64,000 bases of DNA, taken from the NCBI GenBank assembly GCA_965219575.1, contig OZ244779.1, positions 64,001 through 128,000 of the forward strand, written 5' to 3'. Shown piece after piece: positions 39,613 through 53,366 of this stretch. Position 1 is the stretch's first letter. The number at the start of each line of letters is the position of its first letter. Under the pieces are notes generated by a model. That model was not told the origin of the DNA and did no database searches. It was given only the letters and a program-made list of their open reading frames with translations. Source of the stretch: Candidatus Oxydemutatoraceae bacterium (GTDB taxonomy: Bacteria > Pseudomonadota > Gammaproteobacteria > Poriferisulfidales > Oxydemutatoraceae). The position numbers and the translations under genes were made by a program.

Positions 39613-39897
39613 ACATTCCCCTCCTTCGGAGGGGTGGCCCATGCATGTTGCAATGCATGCGTTTAGCAGTCATGTTGAGGTTCTGAACAAAGTCACGCCG
39701 ATTGAGCCGTTAGGTCAATCGGCAACTCTGATGTCCGCCCGTAACAACGCGTTTGCCGGCACGATTTATACATTTATTAATCCAGTTTATGGAAACCAAA
39801 ACCACATGGCGCAAGCGATTACAGCTGTGCAGAACGACACTTTAGGGCGGACATACAAGTCCGCCCCTACGGTTCGTGGATACTTTTTCAACAAGCC
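39613..39897. repeat. Mosaic intergenic repeat with REP
   Basis: CCCCTCC hairpin, CCGATTGA hairpin, REP near 39845-39870. Confidence 0.85.
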
Positions 39898-39912
39898 CGA
39901 ATGATTTGCGTC

Positions 39913-42195
39913 CTAGCGGAGGGCACCCTCTAGAAATACTTTTACATTCACCCGAATGGTCGTCAAAGAGATACCCTCCGTCTCAACCTTCTCGGGATAT
40001 CCTTGTCCGTCGGTATAGCTTAATCCGGCACGAAATATCCTACTGCCGTCTTTCGAAGTAAAGGTTTCGCCACCCTCCAACTCAATTTCAGGTCCCGATA
40101 TGATGTACTGCGGCGCAGTCGCCCCGGCAATATTCTTCCAATCATCGTCCGTAGCACAACGCCCCTCATCCTCCGTACACACTTGCCACTGATACATCGC
40201 ATTTTCATCGGGACCACCGTCGGGGTCGGTGGATATTATCGTCGCCGTTAGGGTCACCGCACTGCTTCCTATCTCTACCGAGTCTTCTATGGTCGCCCGA
40301 CCGTTATTTATCTTTCTCACCGACAACATCACCATCCTTGCCGTAGAGAAAGTGCTGTCGCTTACTTCCACCCTCAGAACGAGCGTCGTGCTCGTCAATG
40401 CAGCGGCTACAAAGTCCGGAGGAATACGCAATAGTGCCGTGTCTCTATCGGTATTATCCAATGCCTCGGTGTCTCCGCTCCAGCGATATGTCAAGTAATC
40501 GTTGTTCATATTGATTACCTGCACGCTAATGCTTTGCGTCGAACCTTCGTCTATCGTCGTCATCGGTACGGTAATACCGGCAATAATCGGCGGCGTGTCC
40601 TCTTCGTCTACTCTGACATTCAGCAAGACCGGTTCGGATCGTGCATTATCACGACCGCTATCGTCCGTTGCCACCAATCTCAGTTGTGTCACCGATGTCG
40701 CAACCGCAGCCGAGATTCTAATTCTTAGGTCAAACATGTTTACGGTATCATCGCTCGGAGGCACCTGTACGCTTGTAGTTATTAAATCCTCTCCGTCTAT
40801 ATCTAAGGCACTCCATTCCACGGTGAGTCTATTGCCTATATCTTCATCGTCGTCGGACACCACCATGCGAATTCTGCTTTCTCCCCTTTTGAACAGCGTG
40901 ATTTCGGTGTCGGAGCGCGGAGATATAATTTGCGGTTGTGCGTTCCTTGCGTAGCGTAATATGGTTTCGCATACAGGCTGCTGAGAGGTGCCACAGGCCG
41001 GGGTGTCGCTACCACTACCCGGCGCATATCTGACCACCGGGTATTGCTCGGATGTACCGAAATCCCAGTTTTCCTCGCGCCATAAATAATAAGGTTGGGT
41101 GTTGGAGGTTGCGATATCCGTGTTCGGACTCATCGGGCTTCGCAATTCCTCTGTGGTGAAACCACGGAAATTGCTAACAATACTGGAATCACCCCTAGTT
41201 TGATACGGTAATAGATTTGCCCCCTTCTCCGTATCCCAATAACTATTTTCTATGGTTCCCGATGGATTATGTCTTATTATCGGGTGGTTAACATTCGTAG
41301 ATATGATGTAAAGGGTGTTGGATGTATCTCCTCCGTTTGCTCTTTTTATTATTCCTTGATAATCACGCATCCCTAGAGTTAATTGAAAGGAGCTATCGGA
41401 CAGTTTGCCGTTGCTATCTATTTCGTTTCTGATCAATGCGGCACCACCCCTACCTCGAATTTGTAAGTTGACATCAACATTAGATATTTCACCGTTGTTA
41501 ACATAAATCAAAAGACTCTTTCGTATCGGATTAAATCTCTCGGTTATTTCCCCTCCAATATAGCAGTTTATAATCTCTCCTCTGTTATCGTAAACGAAAT
41601 AAGACTCTGCAAAATTGAGGCGTCTCCCTACCCGCATATTCAAAAAATTCAGGTTGCGGATTTGCCCATTTAAGTCGGCTATAAATCCTAATCGGTTATC
41701 GGTATTATCCGATCTATTTTGAAATAAGTTTGATATGCTGTGACCGTTGCCTTCCAGAATGCTTAAGAAGTCTCCCATATTAGACCAGCCTCCGCCTGTC
41801 GTCCAATCCTCGTTGACCATGCCATTTCTGTAGCTATCGCCGTCCTGAAAATCCAAATCGCGCACGAGTTCGTAACCATTACAGCCATCGGCACGACAAC
41901 CTGTGGTGTCCGGCTGAGTTGCAGGGCTATTGTTAGTGCTATAACCGGTGCCGGTGATTTGATAACGCATGTTAAATAGATCTTCCAAATAACACATCTC
42001 TATCAAGCCGTCGTTGTCGTTGTCTATGTCGGCATCAGCACAGACCGCTTCGGCATTGGGTGAGAATTCACTCCACGAATCACCTATGAACATCGGCTCT
42101 GTTTGAGCCAATGCCGACTGTACAAAAATTGATCCCAAACACAGCAGAATTAACCATTTGCCGAGTCCCACATGAGTTGTGTCTTTATGTGCCAT
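39913..42195 (-). CDS. Secreted short paralogue of the giant protein with KVFLEGALR tail (about 760 aa)
   Basis: MAHK start and signal peptide, DIDNDNDGLIE, WDFGTSEQYP, YQWQVC, YTDGQGY shared with the 5340-aa protein. Confidence 0.82.
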   Translation of the reverse strand: MAHKDTTHVGLGKWLILLCLGSIFVQSALAQTEPMFIGDSWSEFSPNAEAVCADADIDNDNDGLIEMCYLEDLFNMRYQITGTGYSTNNSPATQPDTTGCRADGCNGYELVRDLDFQDGDSYRNGMVNEDWTTGGGWSNMGDFLSILEGNGHSISNLFQNRSDNTDNRLGFIADLNGQIRNLNFLNMRVGRRLNFAESYFVYDNRGEIINCYIGGEITERFNPIRKSLLIYVNNGEISNVDVNLQIRGRGGAALIRNEIDSNGKLSDSSFQLTLGMRDYQGIIKRANGGDTSNTLYIISTNVNHPIIRHNPSGTIENSYWDTEKGANLLPYQTRGDSSIVSNFRGFTTEELRSPMSPNTDIATSNTQPYYLWREENWDFGTSEQYPVVRYAPGSGSDTPACGTSQQPVCETILRYARNAQPQIISPRSDTEITLFKRGESRIRMVVSDDDEDIGNRLTVEWSALDIDGEDLITTSVQVPPSDDTVNMFDLRIRISAAVATSVTQLRLVATDDSGRDNARSEPVLLNVRVDEEDTPPIIAGITVPMTTIDEGSTQSISVQVINMNNDYLTYRWSGDTEALDNTDRDTALLRIPPDFVAAALTSTTLVLRVEVSDSTFSTARMVMLSVRKINNGRATIEDSVEIGSSAVTLTATIISTDPDGGPDENAMYQWQVCTEDEGRCATDDDWKNIAGATAPQYIISGPEIELEGGETFTSKDGSRIFRAGLSYTDGQGYPEKVETEGISLTTIRVNVKVFLEGALR

Positions 42196-42268
42196 TTGTA
42201 TGAGATGTTCCGGAATCATTTTTCTATCAACCGTATTATACATAGTCATAACGGGGTGGTGATGGCAG

Positions 42269-42477
42269 GGGGCTGTTGAAAAAATACCGTTTTGCACGAT
42301 TGTAACCGCTTGCGCCATTTGGTTTTGGTTTCCATAAATTGGATGAATGAATGTATAAATCATGCCGGCCAACGCGTTACGGGCGGACATGCCAGTCCGC
42401 CCCTACGGGTGGTTTGCGAATATTCACGGCGCACAGCGGTTAGATTTGTGCGATGTCCACACTTTTTCAACAGTCCC
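42269..42477. mobile_element. TIR-bounded MITE-like element with one REP
   Basis: GGGGCTGTTGAAAAA...TTTTTCAACAGTCCC; flanks GGCAG/GGCGG. Confidence 0.7.
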
Positions 42478-42541
42478 GGCGGTTGTGAACACTCTATTGA
42501 GAGGTTTTACAACACCGAGTGGTCGGGGTTGTACGGGGTGA

Positions 42542-43402
42542 TTACAATGCCATCATCAAATCCATCACTTGCTTGTGTTGCCATACATCGTGCACCCTAA
42601 AAATTTTGACACCGGCTTGTAATCCGAGCACCGTCGTCGCACAACTTGCCGGCACGCGCTGTTGTGGCTCGGCTACACGGCACACTTCCCCCATAAAACG
42701 TTTGCGGCTGGTGCCTAGCAACACGGCGTAGCCTAGTGCGGTTATTTTGTTCAGATGCTTTAGAAGCTCAAGGTTATGTTCGGTGTTTTTCCCGAAACCG
42801 ATGCCCGGATCTAGAATGATCGCATCCTCGCTCAACCCGTAATTCTTTGCCACTTCGGCACGGGCAACCAAAAAGTCGCATACCTCACCGACCACACCGT
42901 CGTACTGCGGTTGTTCGTTCATAGTTCCCGGTTCGCCCTGCATGTGCATCAGGCAAATCGGTACTTGTCGGTCTGCCGATAGTTCCAGCATTGCCGGATC
43001 GTCTCGCCCTGCCGAAACATCGTTGAGCATTGCGACACCATAATCTAAAGCAGCTTCGGCAACCTCGGATAAAGTGGTATCTATGCTCATTATCGTATCG
43101 GGATAACATTCTGATATTGCCGCGATGATATCCACCACGCGCGCCTTCTGCTCTGCGGCACCGACCCGTTGCGCACCGGGGCGCGTCGATTCACCCCCTA
43201 TGTCGATGATGTCGGCACCTTGCCCTATCATTGTCCCCACACCCTCGACAATCTGTTCAGGTTTGCCCCATTTGCCTCCGTCCGAAAAGCTGTCGGGGGT
43301 GAGGTTCAGGATTGCCATCAATCGGGGCTTGCTTAAATCTAGTTTCATTATTTCTTGCTCAATACGACTATTATATTCTTGATTGCACTTTTCCATATCC
43401 AC
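42542..43402 (-). CDS. folP: Dihydropteroate synthase
   Basis: NLTPDSFSDGG, GGESTRPG, DPGIGFGK, SRKRF, RVHDV. Confidence 0.96.
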   Translation of the reverse strand: MDMEKCNQEYNSRIEQEIMKLDLSKPRLMAILNLTPDSFSDGGKWGKPEQIVEGVGTMIGQGADIIDIGGESTRPGAQRVGAAEQKARVVDIIAAISECYPDTIMSIDTTLSEVAEAALDYGVAMLNDVSAGRDDPAMLELSADRQVPICLMHMQGEPGTMNEQPQYDGVVGEVCDFLVARAEVAKNYGLSEDAIILDPGIGFGKNTEHNLELLKHLNKITALGYAVLLGTSRKRFMGEVCRVAEPQQRVPASCATTVLGLQAGVKIFRVHDVWQHKQVMDLMMAL

Positions 43403-43458
43403 GATTTATTCTTTCTGGTGGAATGGGCAGTTGTGCTATAGTCAAGTCACTGGAGTAA

Positions 43459-43728
43459 TTGAGGCAATATGGTATGAATACAAACTTGAATACAGTGCAC
43501 CACCAGCAACAAGTGATCAAAAACAACAATAGTTTAGTTGATTTATTGGCGGTGCTAGTTATAGGAGGAATAGGAATGGCTATATCTTCCGGCGCAGGCG
43601 ATGATACGCTAGCCTACGCATTAGGTCTGATTATAATGATACTTGTCATCGTACGGCTTTCTTTTGACTGCTTGAGCGCATATCGTGATTATAAGGATCG
43701 CACCAAAAACAAAAATAAAGGTCAATAA
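43459..43728 (+). CDS. Hypothetical two-TM membrane protein
   Basis: Two hydrophobic helices, basic tail, AT-rich. Confidence 0.5.
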   Translation: MRQYGMNTNLNTVHHQQQVIKNNNSLVDLLAVLVIGGIGMAISSGAGDDTLAYALGLIIMILVIVRLSFDCLSAYRDYKDRTKNKNKGQ

Positions 43729-43733
43729 ATTAA

Positions 43734-43901
43734 AGGGCTGTTGAAAATGTATCCATGAACCGTAGGGGCGGACTAGCATGTCCGCCCGTAACGCGTTGTG
43801 CCAGCACGATTTATACATTCATCCATCCAGTTTATGGAAACCAAAACCAAATGGCGCAAGCGGTTGAATTTGTGCGATGCCGACACTTTTTCAATAGACC
43901 C
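43734..43901. mobile_element. TIR-bounded MITE-like element with one REP
   Basis: AGGGCTGTTGAAAA...TTTTTCAATAGACCC; internal GTAG REP. Confidence 0.7.
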
Positions 43902-43915
43902 AAATTACAACTAAT

Positions 43916-44863
43916 TCAGAAAGCGTCGCGCCTATAAACACGAATACTATCGCCTATATCAAATGCCGTAAGGTCTTCACCGAACATCACCTCGCCTTTA
44001 TACCCCGCCTTTATCTCGGATAATACATCGGCGCGATCTTTGCCGAAAATAAGCGCATGAACTAAAACCGTTTGGCGAGGATTGCTTTGCTTCAATAAGC
44101 GGTTCAATTCCGAGGGTCTGGTGTGATACAAAATAACTTTGCGTAAGCGCGGGTTACGCTCTAATAAGGCATCGCTTGCATCGGCAATCTCGTGGATCAA
44201 TAAATCCGCACCTTCGGCGTGTTCGGCTATTTTTTCCGAGTAGCGGGTGTCGCCCGAAATCACCAAACGACGTCCTTTATAATCGATCCGATAACCGAAA
44301 GCGGGTTTGACGACACCGTGATCGACCAAAATCGCCTCGACGGTCAAGTCTTCCTCCGAATAAACAACGCCCTCGTCAATTTCACGAACATCGATGCGAA
44401 TGCCCGCTTCGGGCAAATCGGTATACTGCTTGCGTAGCGAGATATCGAAGGAATAAGCCTTTAGGATTTGCTGCACATGCTGTTCACTGCCGACGGGACC
44501 CCACAGCCGTATCGGATCGGCGCGTTGAAAAACCCAACCGGAAAGCATTAAATCAGGCAAACCGATAATGTGGTCGTAGTGCAGATGGGTGATGAATAGC
44601 TTATTAATGGTATTGTAGTCCAATCTCAACTGATAGATTCGCTGTGCAACGCCGCGCCCGGCATCGAACAATAACTTCTGCGCGCCGGCTTCGACCAGTA
44701 CCGCCGCACTGCCGCGTTCAATCTCCGGGCGCGGCGTGCCGGTGCCGAGCAAGCTAACCACCATCACATCGGCAGTCGCAACCGCAGTGCTCATAAATAA
44801 AAAAAGCGCGCAGTACCACGCTCTGATAACAGCACCAACCATTCTCAACGATAATCGCTTCAT
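43916..44863 (-). CDS. Exported MBL-fold hydrolase (RNase Z/AtsA arylsulfatase-like)
   Basis: LLGTGTP, THLHYDH, SGDT, LIHE; N-terminal signal peptide. Confidence 0.8.
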   Translation of the reverse strand: MKRLSLRMVGAVIRAWYCALFLFMSTAVATADVMVVSLLGTGTPRPEIERGSAAVLVEAGAQKLLFDAGRGVAQRIYQLRLDYNTINKLFITHLHYDHIIGLPDLMLSGWVFQRADPIRLWGPVGSEQHVQQILKAYSFDISLRKQYTDLPEAGIRIDVREIDEGVVYSEEDLTVEAILVDHGVVKPAFGYRIDYKGRRLVISGDTRYSEKIAEHAEGADLLIHEIADASDALLERNPRLRKVILYHTRPSELNRLLKQSNPRQTVLVHALIFGKDRADVLSEIKAGYKGEVMFGEDLTAFDIGDSIRVYRRDAF

Positions 44864-46654
44864 TTATTTTTCCACCTGTAGCACCGCTAAAAATGCCTCT
44901 TGCGGTACGTTGACTTTGCCGATTTGTTTCATACGCTTTTTGCCTGCTTTTTGTTTTTCCAACAACTTACGCTTGCGGGTAATATCTCCGCCGTAACATT
45001 TTGCCGTAACATTCTTGCGCAATGCTTTGGTCGTCGCTCGTGCAATAACGCGAGAACCTATGGCAGCTTGTATCGCAACATCAAACATTTGCCGAGGAAT
45101 TAGGGTTGCCATTTTTTCTACTAAAGTGCGCCCTAGCGTTTGTGCATGATTTCTATGCACTATCGCCGATAACGCGTCAACCCGATTGCCGTTGATCAGC
45201 ATATCCAACCGGATCAAGTCGGCAATCTTATAGCCGGCCAGATAGTAGTCAAAGGATGCATAACCTCTGGTGATAGATTTTAGACGATCAAAGAAATCGT
45301 AGACTATCTCGTTCAACGGCAATTCGTACTCTATCGCAGCTTGTAGACCGACATAATGTATCTTTTTTTGTACGCCTCGCTTTTCTATACATATTTTCAT
45401 CACATCGCCGATATGGTTTTGAGAAACCAGTATCGTTGCTAAAATCATAGGCTCTTCGATCCTTTCCACTTCGTTTGCAGGGGGCAGGGTGTCGGGGTTG
45501 TGCACCTCCACCACTTCGCCGTTTTTGAGTGTGACCCTATAGGTGACGGTCGGCGCAGTGGTGACCAAAGCCTTGCCGTATTCACGCTCTAAACGTTCTT
45601 GTATAACCTCCATGTGCAACATGCCGAGAAAACCGCAACGAAAGCCGAAGCCCAAAGCCTGAGAAGTCTCCGGCTCGTAGACCAACGCAGCATCGTTCAG
45701 GTTCAATTGATCCAAAGCGGCGCGTAAATCCGGATAATCTTCGGAATTGACCGGATAAATCCCGGCAAACACCCGCGGCGGTATTTTCTTGAACCCTGCC
45801 AGTGCTTGTGTTGCCGGGCTTTGTGCGTTAGTCCAGGTATCTCCGACACGGACTTCCTCTATGCGCTTGATGCCGGCGATCACAAACCCGACATCGCCGG
45901 TATACAAACACGAGTGCATCACGCGCTCGGGGGTATAAACCCCCACCGCTTCGACTTTGTGGGTGGTTTTATTCGCCATAGACAGTATTTTACTTCCGAC
46001 TTCCAGTTGACCGTCTACGACCCGCACCAACGCAATCACACCCAAATACTGATCAAACCAAGAGTCTATAATCAACGCTTTCAACGGTGCATCGACCACA
46101 CCTTGCGGCGGCGGAATTTTAGCGACGATATGCTCGAGCAGTGCTTGCACCCCTTCACCGGTTTTAGCACTGACCAAACAAAGCTCGCTTATGTCCAGCC
46201 CGATCAAATCGACGATTTCTTGCTCGACGCGCGCCACCTCGGCAACCGGACGATCAATTTTGTTCAGCACCGGCAGCACGACGAGGTTTTGTTCTACTGC
46301 GGTGTAGCAAACTGCGATGCTCTGCGCTTCGACGCCTTGTGTTGCATCGACGACCAACAGCGCACCCTCGCAAGCGGATAGCGAACGCGATACCTCGTAG
46401 CTGAAGTCCACATGCCCAGGCGTGTCTATAAAATTGAGCTTGTACTGCTCACCGTCGAGTGCGGTATAATTCAACGATACCGCCTGCGCCTTGATCGTGA
46501 TGCCGCGTTCTCGTTCTATATCCATTGTGTCGAGCACCTGTGATACCATCCGGCGACCGCTATATCCGCCGCATAATTCGATAAATCTGTCGGCGAGCGT
46601 TGATTTGCCGTGATCTATATGCGCGATAATTGAGAAATTTCGGGTTTTATTCAT
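44864..46654 (-). CDS. lepA: Elongation factor 4
   Basis: [31 protein letters not shown]. Confidence 0.98.
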   Translation of the reverse strand: MNKTRNFSIIAHIDHGKSTLADRFIELCGGYSGRRMVSQVLDTMDIERERGITIKAQAVSLNYTALDGEQYKLNFIDTPGHVDFSYEVSRSLSACEGALLVVDATQGVEAQSIAVCYTAVEQNLVVLPVLNKIDRPVAEVARVEQEIVDLIGLDISELCLVSAKTGEGVQALLEHIVAKIPPPQGVVDAPLKALIIDSWFDQYLGVIALVRVVDGQLEVGSKILSMANKTTHKVEAVGVYTPERVMHSCLYTGDVGFVIAGIKRIEEVRVGDTWTNAQSPATQALAGFKKIPPRVFAGIYPVNSEDYPDLRAALDQLNLNDAALVYEPETSQALGFGFRCGFLGMLHMEVIQERLEREYGKALVTTAPTVTYRVTLKNGEVVEVHNPDTLPPANEVERIEEPMILATILVSQNHIGDVMKICIEKRGVQKKIHYVGLQAAIEYELPLNEIVYDFFDRLKSITRGYASFDYYLAGYKIADLIRLDMLINGNRVDALSAIVHRNHAQTLGRTLVEKMATLIPRQMFDVAIQAAIGSRVIARATTKALRKNVTAKCYGGDITRKRKLLEKQKAGKKRMKQIGKVNVPQEAFLAVLQVEK

Positions 46655-46726
46655 AATGACATAAATTATAGATGAGCGACGATTGTATAACACTATTTTT
46701 TGAAAATCACATGTAGAGACAGAATA

Positions 46727-49097
<2,371 letters not shown>

Positions 49098-49212
49098 TGT
49101 GTCGTATCTGTAAAATTTATACCCAAATTTCACATTTTTGTAATATCTAATTTGTCAACTGCTATATAATCAGGAATGCTTTATGTTGATATAACATTTG
49201 TGGAGAAATGAA

Positions 49213-49584
49213 ATGCAGAAAATAAGATACGGCATCTTAAATATTATTGCTATCGCGTGTGCCGTCGCGTTGTGGTTTCCGACAACGACAAGCTCGGAAG
49301 AGAAAAACCAAATGCATATGATTGAAGAAGGCAAAGCACTCACCCTCGATAGAAAAAAAGGTAACTGCGTCTCGTGCCATTACATTGTCGGTGCCGAATC
49401 CCCGGGCAACATCGGGCCGGCTTTAATAGCAATGAAAGCACGATACCCCAAAGCCGAATTACGACAGCGCATTTGGGATATCACCCAATCTGCGCCCGAG
49501 GCTGCGATGCCGCCGTTCGGCAAACATCAAATTTTGAGCGAAGAAGAAATAGATAAAATTACCGAATATATTTACACACTATAA
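49213..49584 (+). CDS. soxX: Sulfur oxidation c-type cytochrome SoxX
   Basis: KGNCVSCH, GNIGPAL, MPPFG. Confidence 0.93.
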   Translation: MQKIRYGILNIIAIACAVALWFPTTTSSEEKNQMHMIEEGKALTLDRKKGNCVSCHYIVGAESPGNIGPALIAMKARYPKAELRQRIWDITQSAPEAAMPPFGKHQILSEEEIDKITEYIYTL

Positions 49585-49624
49585 ACACCCCGAATCATTG
49601 CAAGCTATTGAAGGAGGATTAAAA

Positions 49625-50083
49625 ATGGATAAAGCAAGGAGAAAACTACTGATAGGAACCGGTGCCGGTCTGCTGCTCGCAAGTTGGTCGCCGCAATCCG
49701 TGTTTGCGACGCGCGCATCCGAAGAGGCGTTCGGTTCAAAATCACTGGACGAGAGCATCAAAGAACTCATCGGAGATGCCGATGTGATTGAAGACAACGA
49801 GCATATTCATATCAAGGCACCGACCATATCCGAGAACGGTGCCGTGGTGCCGATCTCGGTGGAAGTTGATATGGATAATGTTGATGCGATTAGTCTCTTG
49901 GTCGAAAAAAACCCTTTGCCGCTGACTTCTAGTTATAAGTTTCACAAGGCTTCCGCCCCGTATATCTCGACGCGAATCAAAATGATGGAAACTTCGGATG
50001 TGATTGCGTTGGTGACCGCGGACGGTAAGCACTACAAAGCAACCGAGCTTGTCAAAGTGACAATCGGCGGTTGCGGCGGTTAA
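49625..50083 (+). CDS. soxY: Thiosulfate carrier SoxY
   Basis: Tat signal, ENGAVVP, C-terminal VTIGGCGG. Confidence 0.96.
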   Translation: MDKARRKLLIGTGAGLLLASWSPQSVFATRASEEAFGSKSLDESIKELIGDADVIEDNEHIHIKAPTISENGAVVPISVEVDMDNVDAISLLVEKNPLPLTSSYKFHKASAPYISTRIKMMETSDVIALVTADGKHYKATELVKVTIGGCGG

Positions 50084-50099
50084 AACACGAGGCGTTAAG

Positions 50100-50411
50100 A
50101 TGTCCGATTCTATGAAAATTCGCACCAAAATAGAAGGTGATTATATAGAGGTCAAAGCCCTGATAAAACATCCTATGGAAACCGGTATTAGAAAAGACAA
50201 ACAAGGTAATGTGGTTCCGGCACATTATATCGAGGACTTGACCGCAGAGGCCAACGGCAAAGTCGTATTCTCCGCCGAGTGGGGGACGGGAATTGCCGCA
50301 AACCCTTACATTTCTTTCAGATTCAAAGGTGCCGAAGCCGGTGACGAGCTGAAACTTAGCTGGAAAGACAACACCGGGGCTTCGGACTCTTTGACCGTTC
50401 CCATCAAATAA
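50100..50411 (+). CDS. soxZ: SoxZ
   Basis: HPMETG, NPYISF, WKDNTG. Confidence 0.95.
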   Translation: MSDSMKIRTKIEGDYIEVKALIKHPMETGIRKDKQGNVVPAHYIEDLTAEANGKVVFSAEWGTGIAANPYISFRFKGAEAGDELKLSWKDNTGASDSLTVPIK

Positions 50412-50422
50412 ACGGAGGCATC

Positions 50423-51262
50423 ATGAAAAAAAGACATATTTTAATTACTCTAGCAACAGCAATCGCATTCGCCGTCGGTAGCTATGCGGTAGCCGACTAT
50501 CGGGCGGATATCGAGCATTATCAGGATTATCTGAAGGCTAAATTCCCGAACATCGATCCTGCCGAATTCGCAAACGGCTACTATGCGTTGAGCGAAGAGA
50601 TGCGTCAAAACTGGGAAGCGATAGAGGAGTTTCCACCGTATTCAATCTATGTGGATGCCGGCGAGGAAATGTGGAACACACCCTTTGCAAACGGCAAAGG
50701 TTATAAAGACTGTTTCCCCGACGGACCGGCGATAGGACACAAATATCCGCATTGGAATAAGGCACAAGGCATGGTGATGACTTTGCCTTTGGCAATCAAC
50801 CAGTGCCGCGAGCGTCACGGCGAAAGCCCGCTGGGTTACAAGAAAGGTCCGATTGCTTCATTGTGGGCTTATATCGCATATCAAAGCCGTGGACAGGTGA
50901 TAGATGTCGTCGTGCCGGAGGACGACCCTAAAGCATTGGAAGCGTATAACAAAGGCAAGGAATTTTATTTTGCACGACGCGGGCAGTTGAATTTCTCGTG
51001 TGCGCATTGCCACTTCAATAACGCCGGCATGAACTTGCGAACCGAGATTCTCAGCCCGGTGATGGGGCAAACAACCGGCTGGCCGGTATACAGATCAAAA
51101 TGGAACGACATCGGCACCCTACATCGTCGTTATTCCGGGTGCAACGAACAAGTGCGTGCCAAAGCCTTTACACCTCAGGGAGAGGAGTATCGTAATTTAG
51201 AATATTTCCATATGTCGCTGAGTAACGGTCTTCAACTCAACGGACCGTCGGCTAGGAAATAG
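50423..51262 (+). CDS. soxA: SoxA c-type cytochrome
   Basis: RRGQLNFSCAHCH, WPVYR, GCNEQVR. Confidence 0.95.
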   Translation: MKKRHILITLATAIAFAVGSYAVADYRADIEHYQDYLKAKFPNIDPAEFANGYYALSEEMRQNWEAIEEFPPYSIYVDAGEEMWNTPFANGKGYKDCFPDGPAIGHKYPHWNKAQGMVMTLPLAINQCRERHGESPLGYKKGPIASLWAYIAYQSRGQVIDVVVPEDDPKALEAYNKGKEFYFARRGQLNFSCAHCHFNNAGMNLRTEILSPVMGQTTGWPVYRSKWNDIGTLHRRYSGCNEQVRAKAFTPQGEEYRNLEYFHMSLSNGLQLNGPSARK

Positions 51263-51272
51263 AGGCGGCGCA

Positions 51273-51590
51273 ATGCGCTATACCAAACCCATTAGCAGAT
51301 ATCTGATCGGATTACTCTTGCTAATGTTCGTCGCCGTCGGCAATGCCGAGACCGACTTCGAAAAATTGATCGACGAGGCGATTGCGGCGCAGAAAAAAGC
51401 GAATGAGGTCGGTGGCGAATGGCGAGATGTTCAGAAATTCATAGATGGTGCGAAAAAAGCCTATGCCGAGAACAACAAAGAGGAAGCGATGAAGTTGGCG
51501 CAGAAAGCCAAAATGCAGAGCGAGTTAGGCTATCGGCAAGCAGTCTCTCAGCAAGGCAAAATTCAAATACCGTCGTACCTGCAACGGTAG
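51273..51590 (+). CDS. soxK: SoxXA-binding protein
   Basis: Small exported helical protein with GGEWRD, between soxA and soxB. Confidence 0.75.
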   Translation: MRYTKPISRYLIGLLLLMFVAVGNAETDFEKLIDEAIAAQKKANEVGGEWRDVQKFIDGAKKAYAENNKEEAMKLAQKAKMQSELGYRQAVSQQGKIQIPSYLQR

Positions 51591-51620
51591 GCGCAAAGCC
51601 TCTTAAACTCGGCAGGTTTA

Positions 51621-53366
51621 ATGAACTTAACCCGTCGTCAATTCATCGCTTTAATGTCAAGTGCGGCAGCAGCCGGTCTGCTACCGCACGCAACTTTTGC
51701 TACCACCGAAGACTTTTACGACTTTCCTTTTTCCGGAAATCTCCGATTGTTGCATTTCACCGACTGCCACGCACAACTACTGCCGGTATATTTTCGTGAA
51801 CCGAACACCAATATCGGGATAGGCGATGCTTCGGGGCGCGTGCCGCATGTGGTCGGCAAAAATTTACTCAAACTCTACCCGGGATTGACCGAGCCTTATA
51901 TACACGCGTTGACCTATTTGGACTTCGTCGAAGATGCACAACGCTACGGAAAAGTGGGCGGGTTTGCGCACTTGGCAAGTTTGGTAAAACAACTGCGCGC
52001 CGAAGCCGGAGAAAATCGTACACTACTGCTCGACGGCGGCGACACATGGCAAGGCTCGGGTACCGCCTATTGGACGAGCGGCGAGGATATGGTCGGTGCG
52101 TGCAACCTGCTCGGTGTGGATGTGATGACCGGACACTGGGAGTTTACCTACGACGATAGCGAAGTCATGGAAATACTGAAAAAAGTCAACGGCGATTTCG
52201 TCGCACAAAATGTTCTTTTGACCGAAGAAGGACTGTTTGACGGCAAGCCTGCCTACGACGAAGCAAGCGGACATGTATTTCCGCCGTATGTGATGAAAAA
52301 CCTAAACGGCGTGCGCGTGGCAGTCATCGGACAGGCGTATCCTTATACGCCTATTTCCAACCCCAAGCGATTTATTCCCGATTGGACTTTCGGAATACGC
52401 GAGAGCGAGTTGCAAGAGACCGTTGCCGATATCCGCAACCGAGAAAAGCCGAATGTTGTCGTCCTACTATCGCATAACGGTGCCGATATTGATTTGAAAT
52501 TGGCATCGCGCGTCGAGGGCATCGATGTTATATGCGGCGGACACACACACGACGGCGTATTGAAGGCAATTGAAGTTTCTAATCGCAGCGGGCGGACTTT
52601 GGTTACCAACGGCGGTTCCAACGGCAAGTTCTTGGGAGTCATGGACTTAAGCGTCAAAAACAACAAAATTGCCGACTATCGCTATCGCCTGCTACCGGTG
52701 TTCTCCGACATGCTACCACCCGATCGAGAAATGCAAAACTATATAGCGCAGGTTCGCAAGCCTTACATAAATAAACTTGAGGAGAAAATCGCCGTCGCCG
52801 ATGATTTGCTGTACCGCCGCGGCAATTTCAACGGCACCTTCGACCAGTTGATCTGCGAAGCCCTAAACGAACGCTTGGATACGCAAATCGCATTATCACC
52901 GGGTTTTCGCTGGGGTACGACGGTTTTGCCGGGACAGGCTATTACTATGGAACACATATTAGACCAAACATGCATGACATACCCGGAGACTTATGCAACC
53001 GAGATGACCGGACAACAGCTGAAACTAATCTTTGAGGATGTATGCGATAATCTGTTTAACCCCGACCCGTATCTGCAACAAGGTGGGGACATGGTTCGTG
53101 TCACCGGCATGAATTATGTTTGCGACCCGACCGCAAGTATGGGCAAAAGGATTACCGATATGCGGCTTGACGACGGCAAAGCGATCGAACCCGATAAAAG
53201 TTATAAGGTTTCGGGATGGGCGACTGTCGGTTCAAAGTCGCCGGGAGAACCGGTGTGGGATGTGGTTGCCGATTACTTGCGTGATAAAAAAGTCGCGTCG
53301 GTGAAAAAGCTGAATACACCCAAACTGGTGAATATAGACCACAACTTAGGATGGAGTAAAATATGA
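51621..53366 (+). CDS. soxB: Thiosulfohydrolase SoxB
   Basis: Tat signal, TDCHAQ, DGGDTWQG, GHWE, GGHTHD. Confidence 0.97.
   Translation: MNLTRRQFIALMSSAAAAGLLPHATFATTEDFYDFPFSGNLRLLHFTDCHAQLLPVYFREPNTNIGIGDASGRVPHVVGKNLLKLYPGLTEPYIHALTYLDFVEDAQRYGKVGGFAHLASLVKQLRAEAGENRTLLLDGGDTWQGSGTAYWTSGEDMVGACNLLGVDVMTGHWEFTYDDSEVMEILKKVNGDFVAQNVLLTEEGLFDGKPAYDEASGHVFPPYVMKNLNGVRVAVIGQAYPYTPISNPKRFIPDWTFGIRESELQETVADIRNREKPNVVVLLSHNGADIDLKLASRVEGIDVICGGHTHDGVLKAIEVSNRSGRTLVTNGGSNGKFLGVMDLSVKNNKIADYRYRLLPVFSDMLPPDREMQNYIAQVRKPYINKLEEKIAVADDLLYRRGNFNGTFDQLICEALNERLDTQIALSPGFRWGTTVLPGQAITMEHILDQTCMTYPETYATEMTGQQLKLIFEDVCDNLFNPDPYLQQGGDMVRVTGMNYVCDPTASMGKRITDMRLDDGKAIEPDKSYKVSGWATVGSKSPGEPVWDVVADYLRDKKVASVKKLNTPKLVNIDHNLGWSKI

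Noticed and set aside
42196-42390. N-terminal extension of the 825-aa ORF
   Set aside because: It reads through a REP/TIR repeat; the signal peptide and the MAHK start shared with the giant gene lie downstream.
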